64,000 nucleotides of DNA from Phoronis australis (taxonomy: Eukaryota; Animalia; Phoronida). The notes below the pieces were generated by a model, which was given only the letters and a program-made list of their open reading frames with translations, was not told the DNA's origin and did not search any database. Position 1 is the first letter of the stretch. The number at the start of each line of letters is the position of its first letter. Of the stretch, positions 25,961 to 38,093 are shown piece after piece. A program made the translations under genes and the position numbers. The stretch is from assembly GCA_002633005.1 (NCBI GenBank), contig NMRA01000360.1, positions 127,065 to 191,064 of the forward strand, in the 5' to 3' direction.

Positions 25961-27051
25961 CGAAACGTTTATTACAATCAGGCTACAATGTTTTGTTACC
26001 GTTAAGTCACATGTTTTTGTGTCGGTCTTTATTATCAATTTCTCAGGCCAGAAAAGTGATTTTAGAGGGGTTTGCAATCAAATCTTTATCACCAACGTCT
26101 CCCGAGGCAATAATCTACCGTCAGCTTTGTTACGTGTGACTGTGCGTTTCCGATAATTATTCATTATTAGAAACTGTCAGTGTATGCAATTAGCACCAGT
26201 GTTCTTACTTAAGACTCAATGTTAACGACCTAAAGTAACGTTTTCTGCAAAAACATCGCGGTAATAACACCAGTTAAGAACACCGTGACAACTTCACATT
26301 TTATTACATTTACAAAAGATCATGTCAACGCTCGAGCTTCACTAAATCGTAAGCAATGACGTTTTCACGAATGTTTGCCAAAATGCCTTCTGTAGAGCAA
26401 GCTTTTGGCGAGAAAAGTGAGATCACGGAAAACCACACAAAACAAACTGAGTGACTGGCAAATGCATCGTGAGTAATCTCGACACTTTACTAGCGTGAAC
26501 AAAAAAATGCCTCCACTGAAATGATTCGTCGGCGAGACTGGAATTATAGCAGAAACTTCACTGCTTCCGTCTCATAAGCGAAAATCTCTCGTGGTAATTG
26601 CCTCGCAAGTATCCTGTGTTTACGGAACGCGCACCAGGTTGTTAACCAGAGAGAAACGTTTAGTAAATTTAAAGCAGACGTTTTACTGGCGCAAACCAAC
26701 GAACTGTCATTTTTTGAATCCAAGAAATCATTTTCAGGAACAACTTGAGACCAGTTATAATGTAATAACCACAAGATGGGTGCGTCAAAGCACTTAAATG
26801 AATTCCCTGAGCGTAGCAGAAAAAGTCGGGGTGTAAAGATAAGACACTGGTTGCGTTCAACTGGGTTTGGAACTGTATGAATTAACCAAAGATCAAGTGA
26901 AAGTGAATCAGTTTAGAAATTGGTTTAAAGTTATGGAATACCAACCTATTGGAGTGGCGAATTCGTGCTTCTAAATAGTCTCGATATATACAGATTTTTC
27001 AAAAACGGACTCATATTCGAATATCATGCATCTCATGTTGAAACCTTCGTT

Positions 27052-27223
27052 GTTATCTACCTTGGCAAGATTGAGATGTGCTCAGTTATCTACCTTAGCA
27101 AGATTGAGGTGTGCTTAGTTATCTATCTACCTTAGCAAGATTGAGGTGTGCTCAGTTATCTACATTGGCAAGATTGAGGTGTGCTCAGTTATTTACCTTG
27201 GCAAGACTGAGGTGTGCTCAGTT
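27052..27223. repeat. 33-bp minisatellite, 5 copies
   Basis: Unit GTTATCTACCTTRGCAAGATTGAGGTGTGCTCA, head-to-tail with no spacers. Copy 3 has a 4-nt insertion. Confidence 0.95.
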
Positions 27224-28204
27224 CCGTGTCACGTCAACAACAATAGAAGAACGGATACTGATCGTTCACAATGGGTGAATGTTTTGACATTTCAAGGTTG
27301 TTGAAAATGAAAATTATTTTTTACTTTTGTGTCCTGTATACAATGATTTTCGCCAGGGATACTTGTCATAAAACAGAAAATATTATAATTGATAGCACTG
27401 TTATAAATATAATGAAAACAAACTGTATTATATACATCAGGGCTGAGTTGCATAAAGCTTTAAAAGTTATCCGCTGGATAAGTTTGATTGTTGCATGACG
27501 TCAGGTGCATTGTTCAACAATAACAACGTGACGCGTGATAATGCTACATCATTGTTGCTATACGGCGTATAACTTTTATGCAACTGGACCCAGATGAGAA
27601 ACTTTTTTTATTAAAAGCTAATGGAACACGTGAATCTGTTGTCGATGTGTAAAATGCGCGCTCATGTGTACGTAATTGTTGATGTGTGTTATTATCTGTA
27701 GTGTAGGCCACTGGCCTTATCGACACCTGGCAAAAATTCAAAAAAATATGGTCGAAACGCAAAATGCCTATGATATGCGTGACGGTATTTTCTTAAAACA
27801 ATATTTTTTCAGAGTGTGGATGAAATTCTCTTTGAAACGTAGAAATTGAGCATAGAAGAGGATTTGAGTACACGGATGAATGAAACCCTTTTTCATGCCA
27901 TTTTAATAAAAATAAGGTTCGTTGGTTATCCCAGACATATTTTTCAGTTAATTAAAGCTTCTCGTAATTTAATTAAGAACTCGTCCCCTACTCCGGAAGT
28001 GACGTTCATGGAGTCGAGAATTACGTGCCAATTTGGTGCTGCGTTCGAGTTTACTGCGAGGATCTGTGCTACTGTTGTTTTCGTGCTGTTTTTCTGAAAT
28101 TGTCGTCACCACTTTCCATCGACGAGTATTCTAGGACAAGTTATGTTGTTAGAGAACTCGGTTACGTTGGTTTTAGGGATTGTTAAGTTTGTGGTAACCT
28201 GAAA

Positions 28205-28530
28205 ATGGCTGCAGGAGTCGGCGACCCATATCACAGTGACCGTAGTGACGTGAGTGACGGAGACATTGTTCAGACATGGGCGGAGCACCATAGGGGGCTG
28301 GGGAGCTATAGCCCATGTCATAGCAGTGGTGACGAGGAATTTTTTCACTGATAGTCAGTGGGTTGGTATATGTTTGAGCCCGAGTATATAATGAGACAGA
28401 GTACGCACAGGCACAGGCAGCTGTTGAGAGGAATGAGGCAGAGACTGAGGACAGGCGTGATGGGACGTCTTGGTGCAAATGCACGGCGTGCACTGTTATG
28501 CCGACCTCAATGGAATGCCTGTGCTGTTTC
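28205..28530 (+). pseudogene. KolX / P2X7 cytoplasmic zinc-cluster (ballast)-like protein, N-terminal remnant
   Basis: ATG at 28205 and an acidic N-terminus with stops at 28349-28354, then YMFEPEY. After a 2-nt TA slip the frame reads NETEYAQAQAAVERNEAETEDRRDGTSWCKCTACTVMPTSMECLCC. The WCxCxxCxxMPTxxECxCC motif is typical of this domain. This frame is not in the ORF track. Confidence 0.85.
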
Positions 28531-29259
28531 CACTGGATGGTGACCTGAGCATCCAAACCGCTTACATACCGCCATGTGACTCCCTCCCCACACGTACGTA
28601 CACCTGGCACCTTCTAAATACCTCCAATACTTTAGACAAGTCCACAATAAACTTATCAAAGTTTGGCTCACCGGCCTGTTCACTGGACGACGAACTGTCC
28701 ACCTCACTGGGTGTCGAACTGGGCCTGTATTCACTGCCACTACTCAACATCGCTGCAGGGCTGGTTAGAGGTTCTGGGCTAGAGACAATAGCACAGGGCG
28801 AATCACTGCTAGCTCCCAGAATTGCACGCTCTGGGGTACGTTCGGAGGCACAGGTAACAGTAGATGAAGTGCCTCCAGTCACTGTAGTGGCCACATCTCG
28901 TGGGTCACAACTCGGGAGGCTTCTCGCTTCAAAAATGCACTTCTAGGAGGGGGCGACAGGGCACTGCCGGGAATCAACAGGGACGGTATGGTACCCTTCT
29001 TCAGGCGTTGTTTTGCAAGGACCTTCATCAATTCAGCGTACATATCTCTTTCGTAATCCGACGGCAGAAAATGCTCGCCACACACTCGGTAATTCTCCAC
29101 TACTTTGTACGTTGCGTTGTCGGGTAACGCTGCGTTGTCCAGACGAACAAGCCAAGTGCGGCGAAGTGTGCCATCTTTTGGAATGCGATGTAATGGTACA
29201 CCCAGAGTGCGCGTGAGACGATAATGAGTACATCCCGGTACACAGCAACTGTGCGGCAT
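28530..29259 (-). pseudogene. THAP-domain Kolobok transposase, N-terminal remnant
   Basis: MPHSCCVPGC...HRIPKD...W...RVCGEHF...KGTIPSL forms a complete THAP domain. It is followed by a frameshifted Ser-rich linker and KFIVDLSKVLEVFRRCQV...VSGLDAQVTIQ. The DDE domain is deleted. Confidence 0.85.
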
Positions 29260-30838
29260 GTTGACTGACTCGTAAACAAATTTTAAAAGCAAACGACGAC
29301 CGCACTTATCACAACCGAGGTAGAACAATGATTGACTCGACAGCCCACACAGTTATTAGACTATATAAAAAGAAATTGCGCCAAATTCTTGACTCCCTAA
29401 ACGTCACTTCCAGAGTAAGGAACGAGTAAATAATTAAATTACGAAGAGCTATAATTAACTGAAAAATATGTCTGGGATAATCAACGAACCTTATTTCTAT
29501 TAAAAATGACATGAAAAAGGTTGTCTTCGTCTTTAAGGCAAATTTTTAAATGCTCTAATATCTGCTCAGTATCTGAGTTCTGCATATTTTTAATATGTCG
29601 TCAGTAAACAATGAACAATCTATTATATACTACATTCTCTAACATTTTATACATGTTTCTATTTATATTACATTTTAACTAGCCCTCCAAACCAGTCAAA
29701 TGCTTTCTTGTAATCCACGGATTAAACAATAAAACTTTACCCTTGATTGATGCAAATAATTATCAAATTAAAGTATTTAAAATGATAATATTATCAAACG
29801 TGACATACTATTTTTTCTGAATCCTGCCTGGGCTTTATAATGTCATTTGCTTCTGACCAGCTACGATTACAAAGAAATATTTTCCCAGCTACCTCTAATG
29901 GGGAAATCCCCCTATAATTATTCGGATCATACCGACTCCCCGACTTAAGCAAATGGAATGTAACTCTTACTGTCTACTGAGGGATAGACTCCTATATCAA
30001 ATACACTGTTAGATGCACCAACAACAGTTACGTTCAACACCAATCTCTCTGGTCAATTGCGTCACACCATTCTTTACATTTTATTTTCGTGGACATGCTG
30101 TTTTTATTTATGATCGGCATGTGTCCCGAATAATGTATAAAAGATCGTGCGTCACAATCTCTTTACCAGAGATGAAAAGAAGACCGAGGTAGGCAATATA
30201 AGGTCATTTATTATGACTAATACAATTACAAGTAATAGATAGCGAGTAAAAATAAGTAAAATAAAAATGATAATCTCTGGTAAGATGGGCAACAGAAAAG
30301 CACCACAAGAGACGGTGTAAGACAGCTCGTGCCAATAGATTATTTTTCACAAATTCCAAAACACTTTAATATTTGCCTGACTAGATGCCTCTATTACATG
30401 TCGTGACATTTCATTTTGAAACGATTTATTTTTATTCTTTAAAAGTAACTTATATGATTTACGCTTGTCTCCAGTTTCAAGCAAATTTACCTAGCTAACT
30501 CCTCCGTATCTCCTCAAACATATGGATTTCCCCATTAGTGCTGTAACACTCATGTGTAATTTGACGAAGTATCAACGTGGCAGTATTACAACGGCAGTGC
30601 TATAAATCAAAAGTGTAGTTTTTGAGACTGATGGCGAGTTAGTAGCCGCTTTAAAGACTTTTCCCATGGTGACTTGTACGCAAATAATTTCAAGATCGAA
30701 GAGTACAGTGTCGGGAAAAGAAGTCTCTAATAGCGAAACTGGTCGCAATTTGAACACGTTTGCAGTCTATTTTGCAAACAGTATTGTAATTGATAATGTG
30801 TCCTTAGATGCCATATATGAAAAGAAACTCCAGCTCCT

Positions 30839-31819
30839 TTAGGTAGCCACGCTTGGCAAAACGACTGACACGGGCTGCACCTGTCCTAATTCTAATGTGA
30901 CAATCGGTGGAACAATGCTGTTACCATACTGTGACAACCAGTTAGTGATTCTTCTTGAAAAATCCCTTAATACTTTCTTACAAGGGTCCCATAAGATACA
31001 CAAGGGAAGACCCCAAGTGATTACTTCATTCACAATATTCAGGAGACTTTCAGTAGCAAGTCCTCCATGTTTTGATAGTATGGCGTTGGTACAGGCTGTT
31101 AAGACCATGGCAATTAACATAGGTAACATTCGTTTGAAGAGCACCATATTTCTCCTTCGAATTCGCTCAGCTGTCCCCGTATCGAACGGTTGGATAGTAT
31201 ATTTCAACCTGTAAATCTTTACAGAGTACAAGATACACGTAAGATACAGAGGCGCGACGCCCAGAAGGCCAGAAACAATTCGTGGTAGAATAAAATCATC
31301 AGAAGGCCTACATATTAATGTATCGTCATATAATAAAAGAAAGCGGGTGTTATCTTGGAAGACGAATATCAGACGACGAATGGCGGTAAATAAAAGTCCG
31401 TGGCATACAGGATAACAAACCCATTTAATCACGTACCGCAGATTAGCTTGGTTTGCGTTGAAAAGAAATGGACGATCCAAAGCCGTAAATAATTGAAAAC
31501 TAAGAACAGCAAATGTTGCCAGAGATGCTATATGTGAGAGCAGTCTAAGATCACATGCAATCCGCAATGCCAAATCTAAGGTGGACATAGCCGCGGTGTC
31601 GTTCTGACTTGCTGGTAATGATTCTACGACTGTAGTACTGGCGACAACCGCGTAGCGCAAAAACGCCAAACAGGTCCACTGAAACAACAGTACTTGAACG
31701 ACTTGTCTTTTCTTTTTAAGACTGCGTAGCAACCAATAACAAAGGCCAAAGTATAACAATAGGCCGATGGAAAAAAATGAAGTTCTGGCAATGATTAAAC
31801 TTTTAGCAGTCATGTCCAT
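30839..31819 (-). CDS. Intronless divergent seven-transmembrane receptor (rhodopsin-like orphan/chemosensory GPCR), 326 aa
   Basis: Uninterrupted ORF with seven hydrophobic segments. It has Cys at the top of TM3 (IACD) and in ECL2 (LICR), the TM3 end LSFQLFTALDRPFLF, TM5 GVAPLYLTCILYSVKIY, a basic ICL3 (ERIRRRN), and TM7 WGLPLCILWDP followed by helix-8-like CKKVLRDF. Confidence 0.85.
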   Translation of the reverse strand: MDMTAKSLIIARTSFFSIGLLLYFGLCYWLLRSLKKKRQVVQVLLFQWTCLAFLRYAVVASTTVVESLPASQNDTAAMSTLDLALRIACDLRLLSHIASLATFAVLSFQLFTALDRPFLFNANQANLRYVIKWVCYPVCHGLLFTAIRRLIFVFQDNTRFLLLYDDTLICRPSDDFILPRIVSGLLGVAPLYLTCILYSVKIYRLKYTIQPFDTGTAERIRRRNMVLFKRMLPMLIAMVLTACTNAILSKHGGLATESLLNIVNEVITWGLPLCILWDPCKKVLRDFSRRITNWLSQYGNSIVPPIVTLELGQVQPVSVVLPSVAT

Positions 31820-33380
31820 AGCAGATCGAAAAGTTCAAACTCTCTTTAATCATTCACTGTACATCCGACACTTTTACAATCACAGAAGGGTTGATCGCAT
31901 CACGTCCATCTCATCTCGACGATCGGTTCAATATCGATCACAACCAGCAGCTTCAGACTTTCTTTATTGCAGTGCCGATCAACAATAGCGAATGTGCAAC
32001 TGCAAATGTGCATGCCCCACACCAGTTTCTCTCTGCTGCATTGTGGGATAGTTTGTATGCCTAGAAGCAGCGTGAGAGTTTCTATACAGAAGAGATTATT
32101 ATATTTAGCTGCCGTTTCCAATTATTAAGACTAGAAAAATATGTTACAAATTCTCAATATCTTATTAAAATTATAATTTTAAAAAATTGTACAATCCAAG
32201 ACATGTGCTTATAGTTTACCTGGCCCCGGTCTCCAATCTCCGTCGGTACCGCTCAGGGACGAATCATACTCAGACTCACATTCATACTCACAGCACTTCA
32301 TTGCCGCCAATTGACCTATCCCCAGGATTATGACAGACGGCTTAATTGACCAATCAGAACGCAGCATTCTTGGCACACCTTCGTCTGCGTTTCCAAGCCG
32401 CCATTTTACCCGACAAACCACACGCAGTCGAGTAAAACTTACTTTAGTCTATAGCTCAAGAAATTTTCCGCTAAGAATGGGGAAACGGTGTTGATATGAC
32501 GTGTGTAGCACCGAAAGCCGTTATGCTGCTCCAGAATAATATCCCGTCATTTTTTGGCATGTCCTAAGCCGAAAAATGATGTTGAAAAGCGTAAACTATG
32601 GATCAAACTGTACGGCCACACGAGCAGCTGAACTTAGCGATGTTGCTTGATAACTCGAAGGCTATCATAAACACAAATACATTAGTTCCAAGATACGCAC
32701 TTTTCAGCTTGGTGGCTATGGTGCAGGGCTTTCTCAGATTTTGACTCCCGAGTTGGCTACGTCTGACCGCCTTTGTCTCGGCACCTGCTGGATCTCAGCA
32801 CTCTAGCGATAGTCCCCGGAAATTGTTGTTTTCAAGGACATTTTTATTTTACGTTTTTTATTTATTTCAACCTAATGGATATGGATATTATTTTGTTTCG
32901 TATCAGAGGTACAGTTTTGTTATTCATAAACCGTAAGCTGGCGTTCAGCTGAACTTCTCTCCCGGTCAAAATTCAGAGATTCGATCGGCACAGGGAAGGG
33001 CACTGGATTACTGACCGGAACTCAAAGCCTTGGTCGAGTTGTTGTCACTAAAAATAAACTGTTGAATTACTTTTTGACGTGTACCTCTATTATACATTAT
33101 GTCTGTAGAGTTAGAGAGAGCTCATTTTGGAGTGATTCAAACATGATATTTAGATTTATGAAGCTTTAAAAAAGAGTTTGAGTTATTTTTGTAAATACCC
33201 TATTTTTGCAACTACCACACCAGACTTGTAATCTTTTGTAACCATACCACGACTTAGTGATCCATGTTACCTTCAAAATTAAATGAAAGCTACCTTTATG
33301 GAATGAAACTACAAAAAAATGCCAAGTTCATAAGAAGGTAGGCCTAATTTAAATGTCTTAATGGTGCAAACGGACAATTC

Positions 33381-33712
33381 CATAGGCGGATTTAGGAGGG
33401 AGGGCAGGGGCCCCAGTCCCCTCCCCTTGGCTGCCACAAGCAAAATGAAACAGCAAGAGCGTGAGGAAATATTGAGTTCAGTAACTAGGACCGGTAGCAG
33501 AAGAGGGGGGGCTCAGACCCCAGATCGCGGCGGAGTCGTGTTCCCGTTGTTTTTTTTAGTCCACCGATAGATATTCTGAACAGAAGGTCCAACGGTCTAC
33601 ATCCCTGGCCCCTGCAACTTTCGGGCCGCCTGTGCACATGCAATCGCACTTTGCCCAATTCCACGAGGCAACATATGTTGGGCCCCCCTGTGGTATCCTA
33701 GATCCGCCACTG
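33381..33712. mobile_element. MITE with 5-bp TSD
   Basis: Termini CATAGGCGGATTTAGG / CCTAGATCCGCCACTG, with a perfect TSD AATTC (33376-33380, 33713-33717). Confidence 0.8.
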
Positions 33713-36200
33713 AATTCCAGACATTAATTTTACTTAGACACAGCCCTAGACCTACCGGAGGATGAGATGAGTGTGTAGCTGAGCTATGAACCTGAATTTT
33801 TTGATCAAAATATTTCGTTACAAGATTAGAAAAGCTATCGAGTCGACCTAGTCAGAGACTATGTGTTGTCTGTAATCTATGACCTACTTTACTCCATGAG
33901 TCCCATCAGTTGTGACCTACTTTTCATTTGGCGAAATTTAGCAGACGACAGAATAAAAATATCGGTGAGTCTTCACTGATTTTATTCGAAAGATCATTAA
34001 ATCTATGGAATCGTACAGATTCGACTTTAAGGTACATACCCAGTTTTACAAGAACATATCGTATCAGTGGCCTTGTCATTTGTCAGGTGAAGGTGGCCCC
34101 GAGGCCGAGGGGGGTTCTTCGGATTTTCGCTGGCTCCTCGAGCACTTATATTTTCATCGTCACCTTTACAAATTCCCATATCATGAACGTACGATTCACT
34201 GTTGAAAAGCATCGCCTCTTGTCTCTGCCGACGCGTTTTCAAATAGTGCAAAAACACTCATCGACTCCACCAGGAACCTCGTTTAGCGACAGTGTATTTG
34301 CCTCTGACATCTCGTTCGAATGTCGGGTATCACGTGACTTTTCGCATAGGGGCGGAGCTTGCGATAGGTTACTGGTGGCAACTGGCGAATGCTAATCCCA
34401 TGTCGACGAGTCATTACAAGGGTCAAAAGCAGCTGTGGGGTGGGATTGCCGTGGTTGAAGTGCGTGTGCAACGGTTTGTACAGTTTCCTAAGGAAAGTTA
34501 ATGAAAACAATTAATTTGCTTCCCTGTCAGATTTCACATAATAGTTTAGTCATCGATAATTCCTCAATCCCCGAATGATATTCCAAATTTTTTGCCGATT
34601 TATGAGTAGACGTCTCGTCCCGTTCACTGATCGGATGAACTCTGAATGCCTGAAGTCAAGGTTTTTAACTCACGCGCCAAATGTCAGCTAACTTGATACA
34701 TCCCGGTAAAATGGTAAGATACGGTTTCGAAGTTTTGACATCAGCATAGGCCTACATGGCAATGGGTTCTATGCAAGAGAGAACACGGGTTGACCAGTAA
34801 CAAAAACTGCTGCCCAAATGTCGACTCGAAGTTTCGGGCTGACGTGAACAGCCAGTTTAGGTAGAAAAGAACACCACCGATGGCAATTAAGGTACAAATT
34901 TTTGAAATTCGACCTCCCGTCAAAGAAAATGTGCAATTCGAACTCTCCCTTAAAAATGTTGGTTGCAGGCCTGTGATATGGTACTCGACTCCCGTACCAG
35001 GTTCACCGGTTCACCACTGCGTTAATGAAAAAGATAATCAATATGCCGTCAATCGTTGGTGTGACCATGCCAATTTTAGGAGTAATGAGTCAAGTGTAGG
35101 CAGGGGAGAATGGCCCCTGACTAAACCAGACACTGAGATTTTGGCTGCTCCGCTCCGGCCGACTGACTTTCTTTGATAAGCTGTTTCAAATTTCTTGAGA
35201 CATTTTCCCTCGGGAGATAAGGAACTCAAGAAGTAAAGCTTATGGCAAATGTATCAAGAAATGGTAGGAGAATATTGTATTGAACAGTTACAGAACACTC
35301 AGCATTCCACTGACGTTATACTCCTGTAATTGTAGTGAGAGCTGACGATAACATAGTTGGTAGGGTAGTCGATGCGAATATAGGGAGCGCTGAATCAGCG
35401 CGACTTTTCATGGTTTTGCATTTCACTTCATAACTGCCGAGTTTTATAGCAACTCGAGAACGATTCTCAGATTTGAGTACGCGTTTGGAGTCTACTCGAA
35501 ATGTGACATTAAATACTCTTTTTCCAGTAGGCCTACGACTCCAGTGAGCACGATTTTGAGTATGAAATCTCGAGTATGAGTATGAGCCTGACGGAGATTG
35601 CAGACCGGGCCCCGGAGTCACAGTCGACGGAGCCTGGCGGGGGTGCGGCAACGTTGACTTTATTCATTTTCAAATTTCTATAATAAAATACAGTTGCATG
35701 CTTCCTGCACTAGTTATTCGTTTAATATTAATTTTTTGATAAGAAAGCAAATAAAATAACTTTATTGACCGCTTCTGTGCTAAACATTCGTTACAACAAC
35801 ACCCGGTGTCACGTAAAATTTCTTCCCTGTGAAATTTCTTCTCATTCCGACCCTGTTGCGCATGCGCGGTATCGAGGGAAAGTTATTTTATGTCTATAAG
35901 GCATTAAATAACTTCCCTCGTGAAATTTATTCCCCAACGAAGACGGCAAAGCACGGCTGTAAAGTAAGCCTAAAACTAGAAGTTCACGCTACGTGTGTGA
36001 TAGTGTAACGATTTTGGTCAATTGTCATTCTTATGTTAGACATTGATAAATGAATTGTAATTCAGTAGATTTACTTCAAATCAGTCGCCGGTCAGTAGGC
36101 TTGCGCACATATGGCCTATACGTTGTGATCATGTTTTTGTTTGTTTTATTGTACTCTGTAAATTGTATTATGAGCTAATACTACTAATGCTAATAAGCCT

Positions 36201-36204
<4 letters not shown>

Positions 36205-36236
<32 letters not shown>

Positions 36237-36303
36237 CTCTCTCTCTCCCTCCCTCCCTCCCTCTCGCTCGCTCCCTCCCTCCCTCCCTCCCTCCCTCTCT
36301 CTC
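36205..36303. repeat. (CT)n/(CCCT)n polypyrimidine microsatellite
   Basis: Seen directly in the sequence. Confidence 0.95.
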
Positions 36304-37649
36304 GAAACACGAGTACGTTTCCCCGAAATTAAGGCAAACCCCGATCGGGTCCGGAGTATCACCATCAGATATCACAACTTAATTTCAGGACACTGAACAC
36401 ATGAGAATGTGCGACTCACCATCATGAAGAAGTTTCATCCGTTCAAACCCCCAGTGTCGCAGATTATACTATACCGAATTGAAGGCATGCAACAAGACAA
36501 GCTTTTGGCATCATGTTCTTTGACTGCAAAGTCTTCACCAGCGGCTAATGATGTAGAACAGCAATAGCATACATACCCCAACTACAAGAGAAAATTCGCA
36601 AAGCAATATTATGAACTGTTGCTAAACTCAATTAGTAACAAAGGAAGTCATTACAACTAGTTGCGTACTAAATGGCACAAAATTCATTAAGTCACAACAG
36701 TATATGAATGCTGAAGAACAACTGTACAATACTCTCCATGAGAACTAGTAACAACAATGAAAACCAACTTAAGTGTTTACTTTAGTAAGGTCTTAAACAC
36801 TGCAGGGCTTGCCTTGTAGTTTTTATTCAAATTGTTTGTTCTAGCCCAGATAATTTAGAAAACTGGTAACAGTTTTTGTGATTTTACCTTTATTTAAATC
36901 AAACAATATATGATCGCATGACTCAGCTAATTAATACCACACAGAAAATATACAGACTAAAATCAAATTCTATTGACTTTCAACATTTAGAATTAGAAAA
37001 TATATCTTTTTCCAGGGTGTCTACTAATCCTAGGCTGGTGTAATCTGTAAATATTTTGGCTCAATGCAGAGACTAGTACGATACTGCACAAAGTGTACCT
37101 AATTATCGGACGGACCCTAAATATCGGACATTACATAAAATATTACTTGAAGCATAATCTGAGAAATATATGACACAAATTTTTGTTCCGCTGTAATACA
37201 TTCAATGTCCGGCACTATCTCCCTTTTTTTCTAGCGTTGCCTCGTTTTAATTTTACCGAGAGGGTGCAGTGTAGACCCCCAAGTCAGCCTAAAATGGACG
37301 ATCGCATAAATTTTGTTATAAAAGTTGAAAACAAATTTAAATCTTTTTCCACAATGAAATCATCTAATTGAACTAACAATATGTCACTGTTTCATTTTTT
37401 TATTTGTTTTTAATCTCAAGTCAAACCCCGGCCGCGCAAGTGCGTGTGTCATGTCAAGACGGCAAAGAGATACTAAAAACTTCAATGAGTTTGCACGCGC
37501 TTTAGTCGTCTGCACTGATTCATCGAAACGACTTTGCTGTCAACAGACTTCATGTTATGGATAATTTTGTTGCGAATGGAGCTGTTTTTTAGCAGCATAT
37601 GTCGAAACACTCGATCTGAAATTTGGCCACAAGGTGCCCGCGGCCATTA

Positions 37650-37892
37650 TAAAAAAATAATTAATTGCAGGCGGTCTGACACACGTTGTACCAGACGTGA
37701 GCAGGCCTCGCATGTGGGCCCATTGCACTGATCACCTGGAAATATTTTTATGCTTTATTAATATATGGTTAAAACCGAGCTGAGGAGCTAGAAACCTGGC
37801 TCAAGGGTTTAGCAGTGTGACCTGGTTGGACTCGAACCCACGACCTCGAGTAAAGAAAGCAGGCACTTATCAACCAGGCCGCACTGCCTCCT
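37650..37892 (-). mobile_element. tRNA-derived SINE
   Basis: Minus-strand head with an A-box-like segment and B box GGTTCGAGTCC. Perfect 13-bp TSD CCCGCGGCCATTA (37637-37649, 37893-37905). Confidence 0.85.
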
Positions 37893-37956
37893 CCCGCGGC
37901 CATTACTTGGTTAGTCAGTTTTCCGCAGTGTGGCGTATAGGGAAACATGCCTCCCG

Positions 37957-38093
37957 TTCAGTAACGCTAGGACCTCGTTAAAAAGCAAGACTTCGCGAGA
38001 TTACGTGAGATATTGCCGTGCATTTTAAATGAGAACACGTGACTTTGACAAGGTTTTAGCTAGGTCCTAGCGTAGATCCTTGCGTCCACTGAA
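37957..38093. mobile_element. Short palindromic MITE (copy 2)
   Basis: GTTCAGTAACGC...GCGTCCACTGAAC termini; reverse-complement homolog of 23872-24000. Confidence 0.7.

Larger units (their letters stand above)
27874..29532. mobile_element. Internally deleted Kolobok transposon (copy A)
   Basis: The ~150-bp imperfect TIRs lie at 27874-28033 and 29372-29532. The right end abuts TTAA (29533-29536); the left TTAA is not retained. Convergent THAP-transposase and KolX 5' fragments are fused at ~28530. Confidence 0.85.

Noticed and set aside
27052-27223. CRISPR array
   Set aside because: The 33-bp units are contiguous with no unique spacers, there are no cas genes, and the context is eukaryotic.
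30897-31214. 105-aa plus-strand ORF
   Set aside because: Antisense shadow of the GPCR.
36163-36396. ORFs with SL/ER repeats
   Set aside because: Derived from the (CT)n microsatellite.
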